28,134 nucleotides of DNA from Candidatus Thorarchaeota archaeon. Its GTDB lineage: Archaea > Asgardarchaeota > Thorarchaeia > Thorarchaeales > Thorarchaeaceae. The stretch covers positions 1 through 28,134 of the forward strand of contig SDNP01000035.1 in the NCBI GenBank assembly GCA_004524445.1, in the 5' to 3' direction. The notes beneath the pieces are model-generated. The model worked only from the letters and a program-made list of their open reading frames with translations. It was not told the origin of the DNA and searched no databases. Positions 1-8,471 of this stretch are shown here, in pieces (position 1 is the stretch's first letter; each line of letters starts with the position of its first letter). A program made the translations under genes and the position numbers.

Positions 1-131
1 TATTCTTCAATTCGATCTGAAGAATCAGGCCCACTAGAGTGAACTGTATATGAGGCATTTGTTGCTTGGTTTGGAATCATTGCCACTAGCATCAATAGAA
101 CTAATCCTGCAAGGGCACGTTTCATGGTCAT
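1..131 (-). CDS. 5' end of a secreted/exported protein (partial, runs off window start)
   Basis: Not in the ORF track. Manual translation from ATG at 131 gives MTMKRALAGLVLLMLVAMIPNQATNASYTVHSSGPDSSDRIEE, open to the edge. It has a Sec signal-peptide pattern (KR, hydrophobic core, A-T-N-A) and GAGG lies about 9 nt upstream. Confidence 0.75.
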   Translation of the reverse strand, partial: MTMKRALAGLVLLMLVAMIPNQATNASYTVHSSGPDSSDRIEE

Positions 132-321
132 TCCTTGAACCTCACGGGGGCATTGCGCTGGTCTTTCTCTCGGGCGAAGGGATTTCTATGGATTCCACTG
201 GACAGCTTTTCACCTATATCTAGGGAGTGTTTCTTAGGATTTGGCGCTAATATACATATCTCGAATTCACTCTTTCCAAATAAGAAAATGTACTGCATTT
301 TTTCGAAACCGTCGTCAATCG

Positions 322-873
322 CTATGTGTAGTATGAGGGAGTTGTGTCATCAGGTTGTTGTGGCGGTTTCATAATCGACATTCCAGTGATGTCATTCAAG
401 ACTGCAATAGTCATGTCGACTGCAGCGTGTACTTTGCGCATAACCTGCCAAAGACGGTCATTGGAGAAACCATCGTCATAGATGCGGTCAGAGACCACAA
501 AGCCAGGACCAGGTGGTTGTGGACCCTTTTTGCCAGGTTTCGGCTGGATGAAGCCCATGTTGATGCCATTCGAGAAACTCTCTCGAAGAGCTTCAATCTG
601 AAACTCTCTCATCTTCTCTGCTGTGAGTTTCTTCATGTGCTGAGGGGAAATCATGACCTGCGATTCAACTTGGATGTAATTCTGATCATTGGGTCGAACG
701 ACTGTGAAGAAGAACCGCATGAATTTGACCTTGTAGAGAAATTCAGCTCGCGGATTTGAGATACTCTCGATTTTGACTCCCTCATTAGAGAACCAACTTC
801 GTACTGCGTCTTTGATATCTTCAGATGCATCTTGAGTCATTTTGGGGCTACTCCGCGTCGTGTTGTCACTCAT
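322..873 (-). CDS. DUF2299-like hypothetical protein
   Basis: N-terminal 'VRSWFSNEG' and C-terminal 'RIYDDGFSNDRLWQVMRKV' resemble archaeal DUF2299 proteins. It starts 27 nt after the CN-hydrolase stop on the same strand. Confidence 0.6.
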   Translation of the reverse strand: MSDNTTRSSPKMTQDASEDIKDAVRSWFSNEGVKIESISNPRAEFLYKVKFMRFFFTVVRPNDQNYIQVESQVMISPQHMKKLTAEKMREFQIEALRESFSNGINMGFIQPKPGKKGPQPPGPGFVVSDRIYDDGFSNDRLWQVMRKVHAAVDMTIAVLNDITGMSIMKPPQQPDDTTPSYYT

Positions 874-900
874 GTGTCAGCACTTAATGCTTGTGATAGT

Positions 901-1713
901 TCATTCATTGAAATACTCTATCTCTTCATAACTCTGTGGAGCTCTATCCTGGTAACAGGTTATTTGTTCTCGAACGGAGGGTATCATCGCTGTGTCCCCG
1001 GTTGTTGTTTTGACACCCTCTTCCGAGTTCAATCTCAAGAGCCTAACACCCCATGGGTCCACAACATGAGAATGCCCGAAGTAAATCTTGTCGTCAAAGG
1101 CCGCTCCAACTCGATTTGCAGCTGCAACATAGACTTGGTTTTCGATGGCGCGAGCTTGAACAAGAGAGTCCCAGTGAGCACTTCGTGGATCCGGAAAAGC
1201 AGCAGGAAAGATTAGAATCTCTGCGCCCTCCAAGGCAAGCTTGCGAGATACCTCCGGAAAACGTATGTCGTAACATATCTGCAGGCCTATCTTTATCCCA
1301 CCAGCCTCAACCATTGCTAATCGGTCTCCGCCCGTGAATGTATCCTTCTCCTCCTGAAAGGGATGGATCTTTCGATAATGCGCAAGTATCCTCCCGTCGG
1401 GTGATGCCATGACTAAAGTGTTGTACCATTTCTTACCTGCTTTCTCGATGCCTGTTCCAGCAACATAGGCACTCTGTTCCTCAGCTAGTTCTTCAATGAA
1501 CTCACTGGTGGGACCCGGAATACCTGCTCCCAGTCTATCATAGTCACTGTGTCTGAATCCGATAGCAAAAAGTTCGGGCAGTAGGATGAACTCCTTGTTT
1601 CTATCCGGTCTTCTCTCTTCTAGCATCATCCGAGCTAAATCGAAGTTCCGTTCACGGTGACCTTCATAGCAGCTCATTTGCACGAGGGTAAATGCAAATT
1701 CCATTTCCTTCAA
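901..1713 (-). CDS. carbon-nitrogen hydrolase (nitrilase superfamily, Nit/YafV omega-amidase-like)
   Basis: Glu-Lys-Cys triad motifs LPEL, YRKIH and ICYDIRFPE, plus ARAIENQ and GHSHVVDPWG. Confidence 0.93.
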   Translation of the reverse strand: MKEMEFAFTLVQMSCYEGHRERNFDLARMMLEERRPDRNKEFILLPELFAIGFRHSDYDRLGAGIPGPTSEFIEELAEEQSAYVAGTGIEKAGKKWYNTLVMASPDGRILAHYRKIHPFQEEKDTFTGGDRLAMVEAGGIKIGLQICYDIRFPEVSRKLALEGAEILIFPAAFPDPRSAHWDSLVQARAIENQVYVAAANRVGAAFDDKIYFGHSHVVDPWGVRLLRLNSEEGVKTTTGDTAMIPSVREQITCYQDRAPQSYEEIEYFNE

Positions 1714-1801
1714 CTCAAAGCCTATAGGATAGAAAAACTAACTGTAACATAAGCCTTAAGTTCTTGATGGAGTCATCGAGCTCAACGAGGCTCACGCGGA
1801 A

Positions 1802-2137
1802 GTGTTACTTGTGGTCAATGAGGTAGATATTGAGCCAGAAAAACGAGCGGACATGCCCAAGACATCTTATTCTAAGCCGAGCATTGGCTCCACCGGTGAA
1901 ACTGGCAGCTGGAGGACATTCGAACCAGATATTGATTATGATGAATGTACAAGATGTCGGACATGTTGGCTTCACTGTCCTGAGGCAGTGATTGAGCTTG
2001 ATGAGGACGGAACTCCTCATATTGATTATGACTATTGCAAAGGTTGTGGAATCTGCGCTGAAGTGTGTCCAAAGGGATGCATCGAGATGGTGCGGGTAGG
2101 AATGCGCACAGCTACTGATGAGGAGGCGGAAGCATGA
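1802..2137 (+). CDS. porD: pyruvate/2-oxoacid:ferredoxin oxidoreductase delta subunit (2x[4Fe-4S])
   Basis: TGSWR motif, CTRCRTCWLHCP and YDYCKGCGICAEVCP. Stop overlaps the alpha start (ATGA). The start may be GTG at 1811. Confidence 0.92.
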   Translation: MLLVVNEVDIEPEKRADMPKTSYSKPSIGSTGETGSWRTFEPDIDYDECTRCRTCWLHCPEAVIELDEDGTPHIDYDYCKGCGICAEVCPKGCIEMVRVGMRTATDEEAEA

Positions 2138-3312
2138 AAGCCAAACTCCAGAGTGCCAATTATGCTGCGGCACGAGCGGTGCTCTCAAGCCGCGTGGAAG
2201 TAGTTGCAGCATACCCAATCACACCAGCAACAACCATCCCAGAACAGATTGCATTACTCAGCGAGGAAGGAACCTACAAAGGAGAATTCATCCGTGTTGA
2301 GTCTGAGCATTCTGCGATGTTTGCGTGCATTGGAGCAAGTTCGACAGGCGCACGTGCATTCACTGCCACATCGAGCAATGGTCTCTTGTTAATGGACGAG
2401 GCATTGCATTGGGCTGCTGCAGCAAGACTGCCCATAGTGCTAGCAAATATCAATAGATCAGTTTCGCCGAGCTGGAACATCCACGTCACGCATGACGACT
2501 CCATGTCCAAGCGGGATACTGGCTGGATTCAGTTCTATGTCTCCAGTGTAGACGAGCTCTACCATACTCTGATTCAAGCATTCAAACTTGCAGAGAATGA
2601 GAGAGTTCTGATGCCGGTCATGGTGAATGCAGACGGATTCGTCCTGAGTCATACTGTACAACCGTACGATTATCTAGAGCCAGAAGAAGTGGACAAGTTC
2701 TTGCCCCCATACAAACCATCGCATTGGGTGATGGACCCAGAGAATCCTATATCGCATGGTAATATCGTCTTCCCCGAGTATTATCAGGAATTCCGATACG
2801 GAATGCATGAAGCAAACAGGAACGCGTTTGATGTCTACGAGGAGATTGAGAAGGAATACAAAGACCTGTTTGGAAAGCACTTCGGTGGTCCAATCGATTG
2901 CCACAAGTGCGATGATGCAGACGTTGTATTCACTTCCCAGGGTTCAGTAGCAGCAGAAGCAATAGATGCGGTTGATGAGCTCAGAGAAGAAGGATACAAA
3001 GTTGGAAACGCTCGGATGCGAATGATTCGGCCATTCCCAGTCGAGCACGTCCGAGAGCTCGCAGGCAAAGTGAAGGGAATCACAGCTTTTGATAGAGGAG
3101 TTTCATATGGTTTTGGTGGGCATGTTGCAAGCGACATGCGCTCAGCATTGTACGGTAGCAAACATCATCCAATTATCAAGGACTATATCGGCGGACTTGG
3201 AGGACGTGATATCACTGTTGATGATATCAAGCAGATGTTATTAGAAACCATAGAAGCTGTGGAGAATAATGAAATTGAGCCAGAGGAAATCTGGCACGAC
3301 TTGAGGGAATGA
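2134..3312 (+). CDS. porA: pyruvate/2-oxoacid:ferredoxin oxidoreductase alpha subunit
   Basis: YPITP, VESEHSAM, TATSSNGLLLM, DGFVLSH, IRPFP and GLGGRD motifs. Substrate (pyruvate vs ketoisovalerate) cannot be determined by eye. Confidence 0.93.
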   Translation: MKAKLQSANYAAARAVLSSRVEVVAAYPITPATTIPEQIALLSEEGTYKGEFIRVESEHSAMFACIGASSTGARAFTATSSNGLLLMDEALHWAAAARLPIVLANINRSVSPSWNIHVTHDDSMSKRDTGWIQFYVSSVDELYHTLIQAFKLAENERVLMPVMVNADGFVLSHTVQPYDYLEPEEVDKFLPPYKPSHWVMDPENPISHGNIVFPEYYQEFRYGMHEANRNAFDVYEEIEKEYKDLFGKHFGGPIDCHKCDDADVVFTSQGSVAAEAIDAVDELREEGYKVGNARMRMIRPFPVEHVRELAGKVKGITAFDRGVSYGFGGHVASDMRSALYGSKHHPIIKDYIGGLGGRDITVDDIKQMLLETIEAVENNEIEPEEIWHDLRE

Positions 3313-4220
3313 AAATGGTTGCAACAAGGGATATGCCAATGAAAGAATATGTGTTAAAGGGTAACGCGGCATGCGCAGGCTGTCAAGATATGGTAGCTCT
3401 TCGTCATGCTCACAAAGCTCTCGAAGGCGATGTTATTCAAGTCGTCCCTGCATGCTGTACAAGCGTGGTACAGTCCCTATGGCCAAAAAGCGGACTAGCA
3501 ATCCCAGTGCTCAATACCGCATTTGCAGCTTCAGGAGCGACGGCCTCTGGAGTCCGAGCAGCTCTAAAAGCCAAAGGAAAAGATGACACTCAAGTTATGG
3601 TCTGGGCCGGGGACGGGGGAACTTTCGATATCGGCATACAGGCCCTGAGTGGAGCGTTCGAACGGCGAACAGACTTTCTCTATGTGTGCTATAACAACCA
3701 GGTGTACAGCAATACTGGCACACAACGGTCAGGAGCAACCCCCCTCTATGCCAAGACAACCACGACTTGGTATGGAAAAAGCGAGCCAGAAAAGATGCTG
3801 GACTTGATTGTTGCGGCACATGAGCCAGCGTATCAGGCGACAGCGAGCACAGCCTATCCTCGAGACCTCTACGAGAAATTCCAACGCGCAAAAGAAATCA
3901 GAGGACCAAAATTCATCCATATTTTCATTCCTTGTCCTCAAGCATGGAATTACCCTGTTGAGAAAGGTGTTGAGATTGGCAAGCTAGCAGTAGAAACTGG
4001 ATACTGGATTCAATGGGAACGGATCGGCGAAGATTTCAAACTGAATCGCCACAGCAAGAGATACCAAGATCCTGAAAAGAGAAAACCAATAGAGGAATTC
4101 CTCAGACTCCAGGGCCGTTTCTCACACCTCTTCAAACCAAAGAAGGATGAGAAGAAAATCCAGGACCTTCAGAACTACGTACAGCACCGTTGGGATGTCC
4201 TACTCAGAACTTTCACATAG
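3309..4220 (+). CDS. porB: pyruvate/2-oxoacid:ferredoxin oxidoreductase beta subunit (TPP-binding)
   Basis: ACAGC, GDGGTFDIG...YNN TPP motif, NTGTQRS, PCP and QGRFSHL. ATGA overlap with alpha. Confidence 0.93.
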   Translation: MKMVATRDMPMKEYVLKGNAACAGCQDMVALRHAHKALEGDVIQVVPACCTSVVQSLWPKSGLAIPVLNTAFAASGATASGVRAALKAKGKDDTQVMVWAGDGGTFDIGIQALSGAFERRTDFLYVCYNNQVYSNTGTQRSGATPLYAKTTTTWYGKSEPEKMLDLIVAAHEPAYQATASTAYPRDLYEKFQRAKEIRGPKFIHIFIPCPQAWNYPVEKGVEIGKLAVETGYWIQWERIGEDFKLNRHSKRYQDPEKRKPIEEFLRLQGRFSHLFKPKKDEKKIQDLQNYVQHRWDVLLRTFT

Positions 4221-4242
4221 AAAGCGGCTGAAGTAACTATCC

Positions 4243-4285
4243 TGCAGCATGGAGCTCGGGTTATCCTCGGAGCTCCTGAGCTGCA
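4243..4285. terminator. GC-rich hairpin between convergent porB and M28 peptidase genes (possible bidirectional terminator/stability element)
   Basis: TGCAGC(4243-48)/GCTGCA(4280-85) and GGAGCTC(4251-57)/GAGCTCC(4270-76) form inverted repeats. Confidence 0.55.
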
Positions 4286-4310
4286 ACTAATGTTTTCGAT
4301 TACCACAAAA

Positions 4311-6398
4311 TTACTGACTTTTAGTTAACCGCCTTCTTGCAAACCAGATACCGACCAAGATGAAAGGAATGCATACTACAATGAGCATGACAGGAAGTGT
4401 CGTATAGGGGAATCTGGGGTCTCCACCATTCATGAACTCCTCAATATTCGGGATTCCATCACCATCTGGGTCTTCTGCTGCATCATCCTCGTTCGGGTCA
4501 AGAGAGTAAAGGAGCTCCCAGCTGTCTGGCATTCCATCTTGGTCAGAATCCGAGCTAAACGGGTCTGTTCCTGCAAAGAATTCTTGAACGTTAGTCAAGC
4601 CATCTTCATCATAATCCAACTGTGCATCATCCTTTGTCGGATCCAAATTGTTCATGATTTCCCAGAGATCAGACATGATGTCAGAATCAGAGTCAGTATT
4701 GTGAGGATTCGTACGATTACCATATTCGTAGATGTTAAGCACTCCATCGCCATCAGGGTCCAAGCTCGCATCATCAATCAGGGCGTCTGTTCCATTGACG
4801 ACTTCCCATCCATCAGGAATTCCGTCTGAGTCGGAGTCAGCCTTTTTTGGGGCAGTACCATTTCCATACTCGTTGATGTTCGAGAGATAGTCACCATCAG
4901 GGTCTCGATGGGCATCAGGCAAGCATGGATTCAGCCCCTCTTCATATTCCCATAGGTCGGGCATACCATCCCTGTCGGTGTCCGTGTTATCAGAGGAGGT
5001 GCCGATTATGATTTCGACTGCATCGCTCAATCCATCACCATCTTGGTCCAGGTTGAAAAGCTCGCTATCCAGCCAGAATTGAGTGCTATCCTTTATTCCA
5101 TCATTATCCAGATCCTCATCATACATCGCTTTCAGGTTGAAGCTGACATCGGCCGACTCATTGCCATGAATCACTAACTCATAGAGACCAATCGAGTTCA
5201 GAGAAATATTCGCAATAAGCTCATCCTGAGAATTCTCTTGAACGCTACTGAATGTGAATATCTCCTCCTTTCCTGGGGAATACAGCTTCATTTTCAAACC
5301 CACGCCAGACCAACCGCCATTCAAGATTAATCGGGTAGTGGTTGAAATCGGTAGGTAATAGGAAAGATGAGTAGACGGACGAATATAACCGTAGTACTGG
5401 ATAGTATGAAGTTGCTCATGAGCTCTAGCCATGGTATATGCCATGCTTGCGCCAATAGAGGCTACGGCATCTCTTGCCACTGTATAATTGTAGAGCGGAT
5501 TGTCCCATGTATCCTCTGAACTGTGATAGGCAGTGTCAGAGTCAAAGCCGGATTCAAAGGCAAACAGGACATTCTCGTACCCCTCACTGAGGAATGAGGC
5601 ATGATCAGAACGGCTCCAACCACTGAATTGGTCATTCATGAGGGTTTTCACAAGGTTCCTACCGAAATTCTTACTCATGGCGCGGGATACTTGGGCAAAT
5701 TTCATGCTGTGGTCGTTGTGGACCATCAAGACTCTTTCATCTACAGGAGCATTCTCATCTTCGACAAGAAGCATGTCAATATTCCAGTAGGTAAGAATGT
5801 CAATACCACGAAGTTCGAATATGTTAGCCACCTCTCCACTTCCTACCAAGCCAATCTCTTCTGAGTTCCAAGCACAAAAGTAGATGTCCAAAGGCCATTC
5901 ATATTTTGACATAACGCGGGCAAGTTCAAGGACTGCAGCAACACCGGTTCCATCATCGTTCGCACCTGGCGCACCAGGCACAGAATCATAATGCCCACCA
6001 ACCATAAGAACAGGAGCTCCATCTGGAAGATAGCCGGGCAACCTTCCAACCACTGATTTGTGATTGCCAAGAATCTCAACTTCAATTCTCTCCTTCGAGA
6101 GAGCCTCTAACTGTTCAGATATCCAATTTCGAGCGTGTACGTTTGCTGCGCTGAAGTGGGGCGGGTTTCCGAGCGAGGTTGAACGAGAACCATTCTCAGT
6201 GAGTTTCTGAATAAAGGTGAAGTATTTTGCTTGTGAAACCCCCTGAAAGATAGAACGTGAAATGTCTTGGCCATAAATGCGAACGGGTTTCACAGAGTCG
6301 TCTTGTGGAAGTTCTGGAATAGTAAGACCCGATGACGGGCATACGGGAACAATGAAAATGACAACTACGAGCATGCAGGCATATTGCTTTCTCGGCAT
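4311..6398 (-). CDS. membrane-anchored M28-family zinc aminopeptidase with Ca-binding (TSP3-like) repeats
   Basis: Metal ligands appear intact: GGHYDS, GANDDGTG, NSEEIG, NIDM, SDH and YHSSED. Start moved from 6458 to ATG 6398 (MPRKQYACMLVVVIFIVP, signal-like, with AGGAAG upstream). DxDxDG repeats follow, then a C-terminal TM and RRR. Confidence 0.88.
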   Translation of the reverse strand: MPRKQYACMLVVVIFIVPVCPSSGLTIPELPQDDSVKPVRIYGQDISRSIFQGVSQAKYFTFIQKLTENGSRSTSLGNPPHFSAANVHARNWISEQLEALSKERIEVEILGNHKSVVGRLPGYLPDGAPVLMVGGHYDSVPGAPGANDDGTGVAAVLELARVMSKYEWPLDIYFCAWNSEEIGLVGSGEVANIFELRGIDILTYWNIDMLLVEDENAPVDERVLMVHNDHSMKFAQVSRAMSKNFGRNLVKTLMNDQFSGWSRSDHASFLSEGYENVLFAFESGFDSDTAYHSSEDTWDNPLYNYTVARDAVASIGASMAYTMARAHEQLHTIQYYGYIRPSTHLSYYLPISTTTRLILNGGWSGVGLKMKLYSPGKEEIFTFSSVQENSQDELIANISLNSIGLYELVIHGNESADVSFNLKAMYDEDLDNDGIKDSTQFWLDSELFNLDQDGDGLSDAVEIIIGTSSDNTDTDRDGMPDLWEYEEGLNPCLPDAHRDPDGDYLSNINEYGNGTAPKKADSDSDGIPDGWEVVNGTDALIDDASLDPDGDGVLNIYEYGNRTNPHNTDSDSDIMSDLWEIMNNLDPTKDDAQLDYDEDGLTNVQEFFAGTDPFSSDSDQDGMPDSWELLYSLDPNEDDAAEDPDGDGIPNIEEFMNGGDPRFPYTTLPVMLIVVCIPFILVGIWFARRRLTKSQ
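4407..5114 (-). repeat. acidic DxDxDG calcium-binding repeat array: four 48-aa double units (4407-4982) plus two single motifs
   Basis: Units have the form D(S/T)DxDGxPDxWE...P..DDA..DPDGDG..N..E...GT.P. There are 10 DxDxD-type motifs in total. Confidence 0.85.
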
Positions 6399-6501
6399 AA
6401 TCTTCCTTTTTTCTTGAAAATACATCAAGGTATTGATTAACGCTACTGGTTTTTTCAATGGTTAACAGTAAAAAGGAAGAATTACGTATAGGGGGTTACC
6501 G

Positions 6502-7767
6502 ATGCCACTCAAAGATTTACCAATAGCCTTGGAAATGAAGGATCCAATTCATGGCTACATATCAGTTACAGAAATAGAACGTGACATAATTGACCTTAGA
6601 CTCAGTCAGAGGTTGAGGTACATCCGGTCTCCAGCCGGCGTGAATCTTGTATTCCCTGGAGCAGATACTTCTCTCATGGGGCGGCTCCTCGGTGTGTCTT
6701 TTGTGACTGAGATATTCCTTGAAAATCTAGGCGCAAACATGGAAGAAGTCATAGAATCCCGCCTAGCAGCCATGATTCTTATGCTCGCCTATGGTCCCTG
6801 GCCAAATGTGATGGAGGAGTATTTCACTGTCAGGGGGATGAGTCGAAAGAACATTGCCCAATTGATTATCAAAAATTCGCCTGTTACAGATATCATCAGA
6901 GATAGTAGCTTGTCCGTTAATGAAGCAACAGAAATGATTGAGAAAGGTGTGAAAGTCAAGGGGTTAACACTCGACTTGGTCAGGACACCCATCAATCCAG
7001 AGTTGGTAGATAATCTTGAACGCGACTCCTATTTCGCGGGCGTTGAATACGCTCAACTTGAATTTCGTAAGCTATTCAGTTCCACTCGGATTGCCAAGAA
7101 TAGAATGGCCTTTGACCGCTCTGCGATATTCACTCTTGATTCCTATCTCTCCGCTGCAGCCAACATGTTTGATGCCGTCTATTATCACAAAACGGTCAGA
7201 GCGGCTGAACTGATGTTACTTAGAATTCTAGATGAGGCAGGCTCAAACATCATGCCATCGCCAGAGGCGAATCTAGACGAATATCTCATTACTGACGATA
7301 TAACTTTCCATGACACGCTATTACAAGCTGGTCCAGGCGACTCAGAAGAGATGAAAAATGCAAAGTCGCTCTTTGAAGACTATAGGAAGAGATACCTCAT
7401 TAAGACAGTGACTTCAAGAGGCATAGCCAATGAGAGCTTCTTGAAAAAATTGTCAACTCCTGATGGACTGTACTCGGTCGAGCGGGAAATAGCGGAAGAA
7501 GCAGATATTGACCCGAATAACGTCTGGGTGGATTATCCGGATAGACTCTCAGTCAGCTATTTTCCTGGCAAGCATCCTCTGGATCAGCTTGCTCTATATG
7601 AGAGGGGTTCGAGAGGCTATGAGTTTTGGAGAGTCGAAGAGATAAGCGGCATTGCCAGAAGCTTTGGAAGAAAACTCAAAACAATACGTGTGTATACAAC
7701 CCGAGGCTATCGTTCCAAAGTACGAAGGCCTGCAGAGAAGCTCTTAGAGAGCATTGATACAGTTTAA
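6502..7767 (+). CDS. HD-superfamily dNTP triphosphohydrolase (SAMHD1/YdhJ-like) homolog, catalytically degenerate
   Basis: KDPIHGYI, QRLRYI, VFPGA, LERDSYFAGV and VYYHKTVRAAELML identify the family. HxRxEH and LHDxGHxPxSH are replaced by TSLMGR and ILMLAYGPWPN. Confidence 0.85.
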   Translation: MPLKDLPIALEMKDPIHGYISVTEIERDIIDLRLSQRLRYIRSPAGVNLVFPGADTSLMGRLLGVSFVTEIFLENLGANMEEVIESRLAAMILMLAYGPWPNVMEEYFTVRGMSRKNIAQLIIKNSPVTDIIRDSSLSVNEATEMIEKGVKVKGLTLDLVRTPINPELVDNLERDSYFAGVEYAQLEFRKLFSSTRIAKNRMAFDRSAIFTLDSYLSAAANMFDAVYYHKTVRAAELMLLRILDEAGSNIMPSPEANLDEYLITDDITFHDTLLQAGPGDSEEMKNAKSLFEDYRKRYLIKTVTSRGIANESFLKKLSTPDGLYSVEREIAEEADIDPNNVWVDYPDRLSVSYFPGKHPLDQLALYERGSRGYEFWRVEEISGIARSFGRKLKTIRVYTTRGYRSKVRRPAEKLLESIDTV

Positions 7768-7836
7768 TCATAGATTCTGGCATGATATACGGACAATGTA
7801 TAATATTTCCTAATAGGCGGACAGCATGGTGTTACA

Positions 7837-8325
7837 ATGACAGAACAGCAAGACAAGAGTCCTGTTGGCGATATGATGAAAGACCCAAATATTGGTCTAA
7901 TTGGAACCGGTGCATTGGTGTGGATTCTGAGCTTCTATGTACCATTTATTGGACCACTTCTTTCAACTGGTGGGTTCGCTCTCGTATGTTTGGCATCCGC
8001 AGTCACTGCTTTGAAGCGTCCCATTGACAAGGCAATGGTTGGCTTGATTATGGGTGCCATTATCCAAATTGTTGGAGGCTATCTAGCTGGGGTCTTCCTA
8101 ATTGGCTGGATTCTCTCGCCAATTCTGACAGTAGTGGGTGGAGTCATGATTATTTTCTTTTCAATTCCTCTCGTAGTTCAGACTGGAAAAATTCCATTCG
8201 TAGAGGAATTTCAAGAGGCAATCAAAAAGCAGGCCAAAGAAGACGAGGAGCCATCTGAGGAAACAACAGACACAACAGACGAAGCAGCACAAGGACAAGA
8301 AGAATTTAGTGACGAAGGATATTAG
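7837..8325 (+). CDS. hypothetical membrane protein (about 4 TM, internal 2-TM duplication, acidic C-terminal tail)
   Basis: Hydrophobic pairs 'YVPFIGPLLSTGG' and 'GVFLIGWILSPILTVVGG' look like a repeat. The tail is E/D/T-rich. Confidence 0.75.
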   Translation: MTEQQDKSPVGDMMKDPNIGLIGTGALVWILSFYVPFIGPLLSTGGFALVCLASAVTALKRPIDKAMVGLIMGAIIQIVGGYLAGVFLIGWILSPILTVVGGVMIIFFSIPLVVQTGKIPFVEEFQEAIKKQAKEDEEPSEETTDTTDEAAQGQEEFSDEGY

Positions 8326-8348
8326 TCATTGGCAATTCGGAATCAATA

Positions 8349-8390
8349 ATCGAGAGGTGCAAATAGCCTCTCGATATGCTTCTCTTTTTT
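8349..8390 (+). terminator. intrinsic terminator candidate
   Basis: Perfect 9-bp stem ATCGAGAGG(8349-57)/CCTCTCGAT(8367-75) followed by a pyrimidine/T tract (TTCTCTTTTTT). Confidence 0.65.
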
Positions 8391-8471
8391 GATATATGTA
8401 GAACTAATCTTCTTAAGCACTCATTGAAGGAGAATCATGATAATCACCAATGATGCTCAGAGGTTCCTGAT

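Noticed and set aside
4243-4285. SECIS element (some Asgard archaea use selenocysteine)
   Set aside because: No ATGA...GA quartet geometry or apical AA, and no in-frame TGA at a Cys-equivalent position in flanking genes. The por TGA stops are ordinary ATGA overlaps.
4407-5114. CRISPR array or DNA tandem repeat
   Set aside because: The periodicity is at the protein level with diverged codons. There are no identical nucleotide repeats with spacers.
6502-7767. Pseudogene
   Set aside because: The frame is full length and uninterrupted, and substitutions concentrate at catalytic positions.
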